The notes: a model not told the origin generated them from the sequence alone. Shown: positions 28,028 to 41,604, counted from the first letter of the whole stretch. The stretch is DNA of 63,582 nucleotides, filler included, from Octopus bimaculoides (GCF_001194135.2; 7 parts of 7 records of this genome joined end to end with filler, not necessarily neighbours in it), one strand, 5' to 3'. Numbers and translations are program-made.

Positions 28028-28059
<32 letters not shown>

Positions 28060-28913
28060 ATATATATATGCCTCCGCGTGCGATCGCTCGACCTGCTAGA
28101 AATAGCATACAAATGTCCCTGATATACGTACATATATACACATGTATGTGTATATGTAGACACACACATACACGAGCACGGACACAGACACACAGACACA
28201 CACACGCACACAAACACACATATAATCACGTACATATATATTTATATACATACATACACATGCACATACATACACACGCACATACATACAAATCTGTGAA
28301 TTTGTATTTGTTAGCGTATGCGTGCATTTATCTAAATGACTATCTATCATTTTGCATTATTTTCAAGCTATTTATTTCTCCGTCTGCTGGATCAGTGAAG
28401 AGTAAACGATGAAGGAAGCTTGAAGTATTTGAAAAGACTGATGGATAGACAGTCTGACTTGAAGAGACAAAGCGACTGGTAGAAGACAGATAGGCTGAAA
28501 GACAGACAGATAGAGAAAGAGAGAGATAGACAGACAGACAGACAGACAGAGATAGAGACGTTTTGTTGTTGACTGAGGTGAAAAGACTGACCTTACGACC
28601 TTCATTATGGGTTACCGCTCATGACTACTACCCAAGAAAAAAGACAGTCCATCTGATGGTCTTCCGTGCAATTTCCGATAATGTTGTCCTAGGTATGTCC
28701 GATATATAAGAAGGAAAAAAATGAATAGATAATAAATAAACAAAAGGAACCAGAATACTCGTTGCTGGAATGCTTTCATTTATTCATTGCCCTGTTGGAT
28801 CATGAGGTTACACAAAAACAACACCTTCAATTTCCTGAATGACTCGAAGCATTGGCAGCCGACGGAAGACGGTAGCTTAAAATGTTGAGCAGCGAATTCG
28901 AACACTGCACTAC

Positions 28914-28993
<80 letters not shown>

Positions 28994-29063
28994 TTATATA
29001 TGTATGTATGTATGTATGTATGCATGTATGTATGTATGTATGTATGCATGTATGTATATGTAA

Positions 29064-29430
29064 CTTTTATCTTATATTTTTTTACCTGTTTCAGTCATTA
29101 GGCTGCGGCCATGCTGGAGAAACGCCTTGAATTTTTTGCCAAATGAATCGACCCCAATACTTATTTTTTAAGCATAGTCTCTTTTGCCGAACCGCTAAGT
29201 TACCCGTACGTAAACACGCCGAACTGGTTGTCAAGTGGTGATGGGAGGACAAACACATACGCACACACATATAGATGTATAGGCATATATACATACGACG
29301 AGCTTCTTTCAGTTTCCGTCTACTAAATCCACTCCCAACGCTAAAGCAGAAGACAATTGTTCAAGGTACCAAGCAGAAGGACTGAACCCGGAACCATGGT
29401 GGTCAGGAAGCAAGCTTTCTTACCACACAG
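29064..29430 (-). mobile_element. SINE family B, near full length
   Basis: Colinear with the 14838 copy, with a short deletion in the CORE-like region. CpGs largely retained. Confidence 0.9.
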
Positions 29431-29923
29431 TTGAAGCTGACTGCTTTTGTTGTTGTTGCTATTGTTGTTGCTAATAGAAGATCTACGTTTTATAGGCTTT
29501 CCAACCGTGACCAAACAGCTTTGTTTCCAACGATCAAGTATTGAAAACTGCCTTATTCGTACATAGAGAATATTCTCTATGTACAAGAATACTCCTGCTC
29601 GGCATGGTTAGATAGCTTGCTTGAAACCGTGACTGGTGTGGAGAAAGGAAAACCAGAAAAAATGTATAGTCATTGAATTGTTAAGGTTCATTGAAAGATA
29701 AACAGATTGATAGAAGCATTGACAGGCAGACACCGGAATAATAGCAAAATAAACCATTATTTATCGCGGTACTTCCTCATTCAATGGATGGACGTATTGT
29801 CACCTCCTTTATCTATTTATCTATCTGTATACACGACCGACTTATCTATTTATGCATCTATCTACGTTATCAACCACGCAATAGTGAATATGTATCCTGT
29901 ATGTATGTACATATGTATTTCTG

Positions 29924-29969
<46 letters not shown>

Positions 29970-30414
29970 GTGTGTGTATGTATGTGTGTATTTATATACA
30001 TGTCTACATGTTTATATATATATGTATGTGTTTGTATATGTTTGAATGTACGTATGTATAGAAAAATACGAGGGGCTTAGTTCGCTGGTGATCTAAACGA
30101 ATATGTACACTGAGTAAGTGCTATAATTGGTCAACCGTTAGGTTCCAAGTTCACGTATGTATATATGTTTGTAAGGATGTATGTATGTATGTGTGTATGT
30201 ATGTATGTATATGTGTGTGTGTATGTATGTATGTATGTATGTATGTATGTGTGTATGTATGTATGTATGTATGTAAGTGTGCATGTATGTATGTATGTAT
30301 GGATGTATGGATGAATGGATGGATGCATGCATGTTTGTTTGGTTGGTTGGTTGGTCGGTCAGTTGGTCAGTTGGTAGGTTATATTTATGTATTTCTTTAA
30401 TTCTTTAATTTTTT

Positions 30415-30600
30415 TATTCTTTTCTTCAATGGACTGTGGCCTAGCTGGGGCACTGAAAGGTTTTCATCGGTCGATTTGATCAGCTCGACCTCAGGGTACA
30501 TTCTGTGTTTCTCTACTCTTTTTTATCCCTTTCTGTTTTTTTGCATTTTTTTTTTCTTTGCCTAACTGCTATCATGACATAAACAAACTTACACCGGTGA
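30415..30600 (-). mobile_element. SINE family B, decayed 3' half
   Basis: GGACTGTGGCCTAGCTGGGGCAC...TCGACCTCAG...CCTAACTGCTA...ACACCGG. Confidence 0.5.
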
Positions 30601-30626
30601 GAAACAAGAAAACTTATACAATTATA

Positions 30627-30800
30627 CAGAGTGTCCATTAATTATGTTAACAATATTAAAAATTCAGAAGAAAAATAAGGATAACCCAGCAGAGTTTACT
30701 GGAAACATAAATTAACAAATAAAGTCTTATTAGAAACATCAAAACACTTTTACGTGGGATGCATTAGTTGGGCGCGATCTGCAAAGTTTTTCTTTTCTGA
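30627..30800 (+). mobile_element. Possible Tc1/mariner left end
   Basis: TA-CAGAGTGTCCAT resembles the CAGGGTG termini (compare 52429-52435). No partner end found. Confidence 0.35.
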
Positions 30801-31375
30801 ATTTTTCAGATTGCAAAGGAAATATAGATGTATAGATGTGTGTGTATGAATGTATTTATATGTATACCGATATATATNNNNNNNNNNNNNNNNNNNNNNN
30901 NNNNNNNNNNNNNNNNNNNNNNNNNNNNNNNNNNNNNNNNNNNNNNNNNNNNNNNNNNNNNNNNNNNNNNNNNNNNNNNNNNNNNNNNNNNNNNNNNNNN
31001 NNNNNNNNNNNNNNNNNNNNNNNNNNNNNNNNNNNNNNNNNNNNNNNNNNNNNNNNNNNNNNNNNNNNNNNNNNNNNNNNNNNNNNNNNNNNNNNNNNNN
31101 NNNNNNNNNNNNNNNNNNNNNNNNNNNNNNNNNNNNNNNNNNNNNNNNNNNNNNNNNNNNNNNNNNNNNNNNNNNNNNNNNNNNNNNNNNNNNNNNNNNN
31201 NNNNNNNTAGCGAGGGAAAGGGGAAGAACAGAGAAAAAAGATAGATTTATTGATTGATAATTTGATTGATATATGTAGATTTATCTATTTCCCTATTTCC
31301 TTCTTTCGCAATCTGTATTTATGTCAAGTGCGTTTATGAATCTATATCTGCGTGTCTGTCCTTCAATGTATATAA

Positions 31376-31420
<45 letters not shown>

Positions 31421-31599
31421 TCAATCACGCTAGCAATCAATTCATCTCTCTCTTATGAATACACCTATTTATTTATTTATATATTTGTATTTCAACATTA
31501 TCCTTCAGCAAACCTCGAAGCGCATTCTACTCGTGTATTTCTTTTAGTGAATCAGACAGGAATATGAACAGGATAAACCTTTGAACATATTCCCATCCT

Positions 31600-31790
31600 A
31601 AAGATATGGCGGCATTGGCAAAGCTGAGTATCAAATGTTTTGCACTATTAATTACCTCTCCTCGTGGCTAGAATTCAAATCCCATTGCGTCCAAGTTTAC
31701 CTTTCTTACCTCCAGGTATCGATGAAATTAGTACTACTTAAAAAGATAAAATCGATTTTGTTTCCTTGCTTGAGCCTTCAAGGAATTTGT
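31600..31790 (+). mobile_element. SINE family A, decayed
   Basis: GAATTCAAATCCC...TTTACCTTTC...ATCGATGAAATTAGTACT. Confidence 0.55.
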
Positions 31791-31837
31791 AAGGGTGCTG
31801 TAGTGCCATAGGATGTCTTAGGCATTATGTCTAAACT

Positions 31838-32048
31838 TGGCGGCTAGCTGGCAGAATTGTTAGCACGCCGGGCAAAATGCTTAGCGGCATATCGTACTTT
31901 TTTTGTTTTCGTCTCAAATCCACCGGGATCGACTTTGCCTTTCATCCATTCGAGGTCACTACAATAAGTACTAGTTGAGCACTAAGGTTGATATAATCGT
32001 GTTACCCACTCTCCTGACCTTGCTGGCCTAGTGCCAAAATTTCAAAAC
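31838..32048 (+). mobile_element. SINE family A
   Basis: GGCGGCTAGCTGGCAGAATTGTTAGCACGCCGGGCAAAATGCTTAGCGG...AATAAGTACTAG...GTGCCAAAATTT. Confidence 0.9.
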
Positions 32049-32149
32049 ATCTTTTTTTTAAACCTGGCGGATCTCATTCCACTTTAGGTCTGAACACAAC
32101 CTATTTGTTTCAGAAACAGAGATGAATGTGATGAAGAGAGGGATAGAAT

Positions 32150-32310
32150 TGACTCCAGTGTTCCTGGACCAATACTTCATTTACTGATTCCGAAAATATC
32201 AAAGGCAACGTTGATCACGGCTGGATTTGAACTCAAAGCAAAGTAGTTTAGAATAAATTCTGTAAGTCATTCTAACCGAAACTTTCACGACTCTTCAAAC
32301 ACTGCCTTTA
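32150..32310 (-). mobile_element. SINE family A, decayed
   Basis: Reverse complement GAGTTCAAATCC...TTGCCTTT...ACACTGGAGTCAAT. Confidence 0.55.
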
Positions 32311-33428
32311 AAGTCGATAATGCTCTGCCAGAAAATTACTGATTTTTGTACCTATGCTATCAGTCTTATCCCTACCGATGCTTTTTTCATATTTCTAAAC
32401 CATAGATAAGAGAAAACTCCACATCATACACACATGCATATACACACAACTAAAGGAGTACACGAATGATAGTCTTCCATAAATGACATGTCTCGAAAGT
32501 TGTATCTGTTTTCTACAATTATGTGAATTTAAACATGTAAAAAAAAACTGTTTTACACGAAGCCTCATCACATCGTCACTCAAATTATTAGAAGCCAATC
32601 GTCCTTCAAATCACACTCTACCTTCTTGAATAAGGAAAGGGAACAAATAACACACAAGGTGAGAAAGTAGGAGGCTTCACAGCAGTAAAGACCTTCAAAT
32701 AGCACAAGTAGTTTCGTCTAACAGAGCAATATATCTTTCTCTCATATCATAACATAGCACAAATTTCTATTTCAGAAATTTTCACACTTTTTAAATAAGA
32801 AAGAACTAAGATGGTCAAAGTCTTAACTGAGACGCTTGATATGCGTGAAAGAGTAGTTAAATATCATTCGAAATACATAGCACAATCTTGTGATAAAGAA
32901 GATGCATTGGAATAACTTAAACCATGATATAGTATTTACGAAGAAATATACAGAACAAGTCATGGCTAGAACGCATTTGTTTATGCGTCTGCTCGACAAG
33001 ATCCGATCATTGGCAAAACAACAAAAACTTCAATAAGACTATTAACATATTTCCACCTCTCATAAAGACAACAGCAGATATAAATTAGTGAATGCTGAAT
33101 ATAAGTGTCAGTGAATTTCTTAATGTGATAAAAATGAATTAAAAAAGATTCTATAAAGCGTTCATCCGGTCAAACGAAACCGTTTATTAGCTTCTGCTAT
33201 AAAAATGTAAGATAGATTATAAAGAAGAACTAGTTCAGTCTGTGATAATGCATCCACAATTTCTATTAAATTTGATATCTTTATCGATTTATTTATTTAT
33301 TCATTTATTTATTACATCTATATTTTACATACTGATGGAATAACTTTTCGGCTAATAATTGTTAAACTAATCTATTCTACTATTCTAAATTTTTTCCTTT
33401 TCTTTTCCATTTTTTCATGTTTGTTGTG

Positions 33429-33459
<31 letters not shown>

Positions 33460-33864
33460 CTGCAAAACAGTCTTTCATGAGGTTTGATCTCCATTCGTCG
33501 TTAGGTGACGAATATCGTCGCATTTAAATTTGTGTTTTATAAAACAGGAACGATAATGTTAACAGTCTGAAAGATTTCTATTTCATTAGTATTCAAAAAT
33601 AAAATAATTTATCTAAAGAAATTTTCAATTGCAAGATCTTTATTTACAAGAAAAGAAAAATGACAAAATAAAAAGAACGATCCGCCAACTTCGCCGAATG
33701 ATAAACTCAAATTTAATAGTAAATTTATCCAAACATATGTCGGAGAATTAAGTGAAATTCTTCCAAAATTATATTTAGAATAATTTTCGAAATATATTTG
33801 TTCGACATATCTGTTAACCTTTTCCAACAATGAGACAAAATTACTAAATGTCTTTCATTTAGTT

Positions 33865-34265
33865 TCACCACCGTAAGCATGGGCCATCAACACTACCATC
33901 ACGAAAGCCCTCATTGTATCCCAACGGAAAATGAAACGAATCATGCACAGCATCACATTGCGGGACAAGTAAACCAACGCCTGGATTCGACAGCATATGA
34001 GAGTCAACGACATCATGAGAACCATCAAGGAGAATAAATATAGATGAGCTGACCCCATCGCACGACTAAAGGACGACAGACGAATAATCTGGGTGACTGA
34101 ATTGACGTCAAGACAGTAGGCAAGATCAAGAGGCCGACCAAAGTCAAGATGGCGGAATGATCTCACCTGCTACCCAGAGTCAACATGGCAACGATAGCCA
34201 GAGGCAGACAACAGGGGTAAGAGTCCATGGACGGATTCTTCCTTCAGGTGTCATGAAGCCCTGGA
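33865..34265 (+). mobile_element. RTE-clade LINE 3' fossil
   Basis: SQRKMKRIMHSITLRDK*TNAWIRQHMRVNDIMRTIKENKYR*ADPIARLKDDR...RSRGRPKSRWRNDL matches the RTE C-terminal series QRxMER...N.WIR...KW.WAGH.AR...RGRP..RW.DD. Confidence 0.85.
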
Positions 34266-34692
34266 CAAGCATAAGGATGTCTCACATTTTATAAGAAGCT
34301 GAGTATCAAAATTTTATGTATTTGACTTCATGTATTCTAAACGATGTAACCATCGTTCACCGTTTTACTGATTCCATATGACATCGTGTATATTGAATAG
34401 CATATCACTTTAATACAGCTATTTTCAAGAAATCTGCCGATGACAAAAGAGCTCTTCAAAAAGGAGGTCTAGCCCAAACAACAAATAATTATTTCCTATA
34501 CATTTTGTGACGCATGAATTTCCTCAGAGGTTTCAAACTCTCCTATGTATATTCTTTACGGGGACAAAGATTCTTTGAGGATATCATGTTATTTCTTGTG
34601 GAGTCATTTTGGGTAGTGTGATTCTTAGGTGTAAAAGTGTACGAATGTATAATGCTTCATTTGTAAGTGTTCTAAATTACATATGTATGTAT

Positions 34693-34738
34693 AAAGATTT
34701 GTGAGTGGATTTAATAGACGGAAACTGAAGAAGCCCGT
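34693..34738 (+). mobile_element. SINE family B central fragment running into (TA)n and a gap
   Basis: TTGTGAGTGGATTTAATAGACGGAAACTGAAGAAGCCCGT. Confidence 0.8.
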
Positions 34739-36124
34739 ATATATATATATATATATNNNNNNNNNNNNNNNNNNNNNNNNNNNNNNNNNNNNNNNNNNNN
34801 NNNNNNNNNNNNNNNNNNNNNNNNNNNNNNNNNNNNNNNNNNNNNNNNNNNNNNNNNNNNNNNNNNNNNNNNNNNNNNNNNNNNNNNNNNNNNNNNNNNN
34901 NNNNNNNNNNNNNNNNNNNNNNNNNNNNNNNNNNNNNNNNNNNNNNNNNNNNNNNNNNNNNNNNNNNNNNNNNNNNNNNNNNNNNNNNNNNNNNNNNNNN
35001 NNNNNNNNNNNNNNNNNNNNNNNNNNNNNNNNNNNNNNNNNNNNNNNNNNNNNNNNNNNNNNNNNNNNNNNNNNNNNNNNNNNNNNNNNNNNNNNNNNNN
35101 NNNNNNNNNNNNNNNNNNNNNNNNNNNNNNNNNNNNNNNNNNNNNNNNNNNNNNNNNNNNNNNNNNNNNNNNNNNNNNNNNNNNNNNNNNNNNNNNNNNN
35201 NNNNNNNNNNNNNNNNNNNNNNNNNNNNNNNNNNNNNNNNNNNNNNNNNNNNNNNNNNNNNNNNNNNNNNNNNNNNNNNNNNNNNNNNNNNNNNNNNNNN
35301 NNNNNNNNNNNNNNNNNNNNNNNNNNNNNNNNNNNNNNNNNNNNNNNNNNNNNNNNNNNNNNNNNNNNNNNNNNNNNNNNNNNNNNNNNNNNNNNNNNNN
35401 NNNNNNNNNNNNNNNNNNNNNNNNNNNNNNNNNNNNNNNNNNNNNNNNNNNNNNNNNNNNNNNNNNNNNNNNNNNNNNNNNNNNNNNNNNNNNNNNNNNN
35501 NNNNNNNNNNNNNNNNNNNNNNNNNNNNNNNNNNNNNNNNNNNNNNNNNNNNNNNNNNNNNNNNNNNNNNNNNNNNNNNNNNNNNNNNNNNNNNNNNNNN
35601 NNNNNNNNNNNNNNNNNNNNNNNNNNNNNNNNNNNNNNNNNNNNNNNNNNNNNNNNNNNNNNNNNNNNNNNNNNNNNNNNNNNNNNNNNNNNNNNNNNNN
35701 NNNNNNNNNNNNNNNNNNNNNNNNNNNNNNNNNNNNNNNNNNNNNATATATATATATATATATATATATATATAACACGCTACTCCTTTATTATGTTTCA
35801 GTATTCGGCCACACATGACGCCACACTACAGTGTAGCGTCACGTGTTGCCGAATATTGCCGAACGCGTTGTAACATAGAATAGGGGCGCCCCAAATTATG
35901 CTTATATTCTTTTCTCTTAGTATTGCTGTGCTCTTTGTGTTACGCTGTAGCCCATCCTCGGATACGAACTACTTGTGTGCGCAAGCGGTGCTGTGAGTTT
36001 AACGTATTAAATAATAGAGTCGAATCCTGAATGGTTTAATTGGCGCGTGCTGCGAGCATCCAATCATATCTATATAATATGTTGATGGATAGTTAGATAC
36101 ATACATGCACATCATACGAAGGCA

Positions 36125-37430
36125 CTGTGAATAAATATAGAGTAATCCGAGAATATTACACCCGGTTTAGAAAAATGTTACAGTCAGAACTCTTCTCTTG
36201 CAACAAGACAATATCGCTCTATTCATTTATAGTACTAGTGCTGATGCAAACATTTGGGATACTTCACTGGTCTGTAGATGAAATCTACTCCATAGACTTG
36301 ATGTTGGCAAGATCCTGGCATCAACTGGAGACTTCCCCCAGAAAAAAATGATATCCGTAGGCTCTACCTCAGAATCGATAAAAGAAGTTGAGGATCAAGA
36401 TCAATGCAGGCAGCTTTCGAATGTCGTATAGTCTCATCTGCTAAACGACAGCAGCGAAAATAAATACTTAAACCTAGCACTGAAAAACGAAGAGACCAAC
36501 GTCCTACGAGTCGGCAGTGAACTCCCCCAGAAACACTCTCTTCATACAACCCAAAACAGCTGGATTAACATATTCGTCAAAGAAGACTCAGCATAACAAG
36601 AAACACTCAGCACAACAAGGAAAGATTATGCTTGGTACGTTACCGAAACTTGAAGGCGACATAATATTGAGATGAAGTGCAGCTTCTCTTGTACTCGTGA
36701 CCGCTATATAACTCACACTTCGAAGCATATACGTTTACAATGCAAGGACAGGGGATTGCTACAAAGTACCTAATAAACCAAAGAGACAATAAAGCTCTTG
36801 AAGCCCCAAGATGCAAACGTAAAAGTATAAATTATGTCATATTTCTGTGGAAGATATCACACATATGATATCTCACCCCAAAATATCAAGGTACTATCTT
36901 CAAATGCGACATGATGTCACTGAAACAATATACAATGTCATTCGAAAAAAGAACTGTCCTGAAATAACTATATACAACTCCTTGTTACTAAATACATACT
37001 TAAACATCGACTCAAGAAATATTGTAACACTCCCATCAAAACTTCTACCAAGCGTAAGCATAACATGCCGGATATTGTTATTTGGGACTGAGAAATAAAA
37101 GTGTGTACCGTCATAGATATCAGCTGCCCTCCATACGTGAATAGCGCTTCGAAAATCAAGGAGTAATGGGGTAACTGCGAACAACTGTTTCGAAACATCC
37201 GGTTTCTTTTCACATATTATAAACTCATATTCATACCAGTAATAATTAGTGAACTTGGGTTTGTGAGTAAATGCCTACCAGCTAATTCATACATTATAAA
37301 TACCATCGGTAAATATACATGACGTTTCTCAATTTCGAAATGTGAATTTGGTTTTGTTATCTGCAATCCAACGATGGAGAAACTTTGTGTCTTTGTTAGA
37401 AACCAGCTTTCAAATAATTAAAAATAGAAG
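36125..37430 (+). mobile_element. Decayed RLE-type (R4/Dong-like) LINE, RT thumb, CCHC region and restriction-like endonuclease
   Basis: RVIREYYTRFRKMLQSEL...TFGILHW; DIRRLYLRIDK; SHFEAYTFTMQGQGIATKYLIN; EDITHMISHPKISRYYLQMRHD; KHNMPDIVIWD*EIKVCTVIDISCP (PD..D motif); IPVIISELG. Confidence 0.85.
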
Positions 37431-38100
37431 AGAACAACATACATAAATGCTCATTACTCTGAACATACATTATGCCAAGTGGAAATCTTTTCTTCAAAGT
37501 ATACTCCTCGAATGCATATATATATATACTGTCTTAATCTAATGTAATATATAATATTATACTTGACATTTAATCCTGCCTTAAGTTATGTAATTGAGAA
37601 TGGGTTGTAGCACGTGACTGTGTATATGCGTGTGTACGTGTTTCTATATATAAAGCTGTGTGCGTGCGCGAGTGTGTTAAATGAGTAGACGAGTAGCCAA
37701 TACTCTATGTGTACCAACACACATCTGTATGTATGTAGACAGATTCTGATATATACATATATACATATATNNNNNNNNNNNNNNNNNNNNNNNNNNNNNN
37801 NNNNNNNNNNNNNNNNNNNNNNNNNNNNNNNNNNNNNNNNNNNNNNNNNNNNNNNNNNNNNNNNNNNNNNNNNNNNNNNNNNNNNNNNNNNNNNNNNNNN
37901 NNNNNNNNNNNNNNNNNNNNNNNNNNNNNNNNNNNNNNNNNNNNNNNNNNNNNNNNNNNNNNNNNNNNNNNNNNNNNNNNNNNNNNNNNNNNNNNNNNNN
38001 NNNNNNNNNNNNNNNNNNNNNNNNNNNNNNNNNNNNNNNNNNNNNNNNNNNNNNNNNNNNNNNNNNNNNNNNNNNNNNNNNNNNNNNNNNNNNNNNNNNN

Positions 38101-38175
<75 letters not shown>

Positions 38176-38303
38176 CATATATATATATTTGTTATATATA
38201 TATATGTATATGTATTTATATATGTATATATATGTATGTATGTATATATAAGTATGTATGTATGTATGTATATAATGAGAGAGAGAGAGAGAGAATGAGT
38301 GAC

Positions 38304-38336
<33 letters not shown>

Positions 38337-38337
38337 C

Positions 38338-38401
<64 letters not shown>

Positions 38402-39190
38402 TTTTAGGCACAAACAACGGAAAAAGAAGAGAAGATAAAGAAGAGAAAGAACACACTACTGCTAATATCGAGGTTTTCATTGAAGGTAATGTGTCACGTG
38501 AATGAGAGTGATTCTAGGGTGTGACAAACCTGATTATCAAAACACTATTTTCTAGAAATGGCTTTCTTTCTTGTTCCTAAGATGCATTAAACACCATTGC
38601 TTCACACAAGTTTTAAAGAGGTCAACGTAATTCTATGTGCACCGGCACCGCACCTTTTAAAGATGTGGAGAGTATGTATGTTGTTTGTTGGGTTCTGTTG
38701 AACGGAGTGCATTGAGTACAACAGGGAGAAATGTACTGGAACAATAAATATTGGAGAACAAAATGGAGTCGTATAAGTTTGTACGCATACAAATGGCATA
38801 CATACGCACTAACACACACGTGCGCACATACGTACACATGTACTCACACGCACACACCCCCATACACACACATACATACACGCACGTACATATATATAGA
38901 TATATAGAGAGACAGACAGGTAGACAGACATTCAGACAGAAAGGTAGGCAGGTAGACAGATAGATAATGTGTGAGTGTGTGTATATACGAGCGGGTTTTA
39001 GTATCCGGAGATGGTATTCTGCTTGTATCATACAAAGGAAACCATATTTGATGTAAGTGTACTGGAGTATAAGTTAACTAGGATGTGTACCATTTCAGTT
39101 GTATGTCTATGTATAGATATATATAAAGGAATACAAAAAATGGGACAAGAACATCCAGAGAGCTAGATGATACAAAAAAGGGACAACAAA

Positions 39191-39293
<103 letters not shown>

Positions 39294-39819
39294 CATATTT
39301 ATATATACATACATAAATATACATGTATATATTCATATATGTATATATATATATATATATATATGTGTATATATATATGTGTTGTGTGTGTGTATATATA
39401 CGTGTATATTTATTATGTATGTATATACATATAAATACATATATTACATACAAAAATAAGAGAGATGACCAGCAAAAGTGGACTCCTATATGCTAGAAAT
39501 AGATGCCGAATCATCTAACCACGAAAAAAATATATGTTCTCAGTAAAAATTCAGCGACACAACAGACTGTAAAAGGGCAAGACAAATGAAAAAATACTAA
39601 ATAAAAAAACGATTAACCTACGTACCATGATTTCACCTGTTAAAATTTACATATATATNNNNNNNNNNNNNNNNNNNNNNNNNNNNNNNNNNNNNNNNNN
39701 NNNNNNNNNNNNNNNNNNNNNNNNNNNNNNNNNNNNNNNNNNNNNNNNNNNNNNNNNNNNNNNNNNNNNNNNNNNNNATATATATATATATATATATATA
39801 TACATACATATACATACAT

Positions 39820-40008
39820 ATATATTTGCCAACTAAGTGTGGTGTCCTATACAGGATAGTGCGACTGATGTTTATAGGCCCAGGAAGACATCTCCTCCAG
39901 CTGGTTAACCACACACATTCTGTGTCCGATTAGTATTTGCGAGGGGAGCTCATCGCTCCCATCTCTAGCCTTACGTGATACACACGGACTCGAGTGTGGC
40001 AAATATAT
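39820..40008. mobile_element. Candidate small TA-flanked element with inverted termini
   Basis: ATATATTTGCCA (39820-39831) and TGGCAAATATAT (39997-40008) enclose a GC-richer interior. Confidence 0.35.
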
Positions 40009-41135
40009 GTTACGGTTCCGTACTGCTACTGTTTATATCTCGCTCAGAGATTTAATGTAATATTCTCTCTCTTCTGTGTGTGTGTCTGTGCGTGTGTGTG
40101 TGTGTGTAAATGAAAAAAATGTACGGTAAATAAAGAAACTACATAACGTATATTGAATATATTAAGTTTCGCACCTTTAACGATAAGACTGAGCGCTTCC
40201 TAATTGGCAGTGCTCGCAAAAAAAATGTTTTCTCGCGGAGAATTAAGGACGAGAGCAAACAAAATAAAACAAAACCAGCAAACCGACGCATTGTGTGATT
40301 TAGAACGGTGGACAAGGACGAACAGTCGAACAAATACAGCCTCGGGGCCAAGGAGACGAGAATAGTGAGTAACGCTTAGGAAATGCTTTGGAGGATGAAG
40401 AACGGAGAGACAGAGGATTTGCGACCGGTTACGGGACCAGTGTAAGAAAGGAAGGAAAATGGGAACTGGTCACAGGTAACGTAACAGCAGCAGGCGGAGG
40501 AGAAAGACAACAAGAGAGAGAGAGAGAGCGACAGGGGGAAAAGGGAAGGGGATGAAGGGGAAAGAGAATGGCTAGGAATAAAAGAGGAGAGAGAGAAAAG
40601 GAGTAAGTAGAAAGGCTAGACTAGAAGTGAGAGGCTGAGGGAAAGAAAAGTGGAAAGAATGAAGGCAAGAGAGGGGGGGATCACACGGGTATATAAGAAG
40701 CTGACTTGTTAATAAAGATTCGGTGTGTGTTGCGTTGCATTACTTAATAAATGATAAAATGTATGATAAATAGATAAACGACATAACGTATACTGATTGC
40801 AAAAACGAACGGGAGACAAACAGAAGATCCGTAATTCTTCATCAGTTATCGACCAATTGATAATATTCAGTTTCGCACCTTTCTCGAATGCTCCAGTATG
40901 GACATGAGCAAACAGCATCTGGTCATCCAGATCTTATCTAGATAAGGTATTTTGTTGGCCGACAGATAAGGATAACATAGGTAGTCCACGATTCGAACCC
41001 GTCAGCTATACAGACCGTTGACATTGGTTGACACAGTTAGAAATTGAGGCTCTAAAGAGTGAAGGTTGCAATCCATTAGATAATATTGTAAACAGAAGTG
41101 ACAGTAATAATGTTAATAATCCACCATAAGATTCA

Positions 41136-41598
41136 GACCTTGTTGCGGTGTGGTGGCTTGTATGACTTAATGACCATGAGAGCTATTCCAGTGGAATGCA
41201 AGCTCTTAGTACGGCCTCCCATGTTAAACGGTTCAAAGAATAGAGGCCGCACTAATCTAGACCACCTCTTCAAAAAATGTAAAAGCTATTTTGTGTAGGG
41301 CGAGCATTCCTACCTAGAATAAAATCGAAGTTACAGAAGCATCGATGATAAAAACCAACACAACCTGAGAGGGGAAGGCCTTTCCTCTGGGAAACGTGAC
41401 GCAATGCAACAACAGCCGAAAGGAAACCAGCATCTTGTATTACCAAGTTAGCCCTGACCTGAACGCACACGAGGCATTGCTGAAAAGCGGGGAGTTCAGC
41501 TGGAAAGGATCAGAAAAGATGTCCCAGAGTCGAAAACAGTGGGGAAACGTTGTCGATTACCTATGTTTCGTAGGGAGCAACGAAGGGCTTAAGTAAGT
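41136..41598 (+). mobile_element. Non-autonomous RTE derivative (5' UTR-like part joined to the 3' end)
   Basis: The 5' part CCTTGTTGCGGTG...GGCTTG...AATGACC...GAGAGCTAT resembles RTE 5' UTRs. The 3' part encodes SWKGSEKMSQSRKQWGNVVDYLC...GLK* and ends in an AAGTAAGT tail. Confidence 0.6.
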
Positions 41599-41604
41599 CA
41601 TATC

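Noticed and set aside
30066-30080. TACGAGGGGC (also ~38985 and 60313) as mariner termini
   Set aside because: Matches are too short, with no partner end or transposase sequence.
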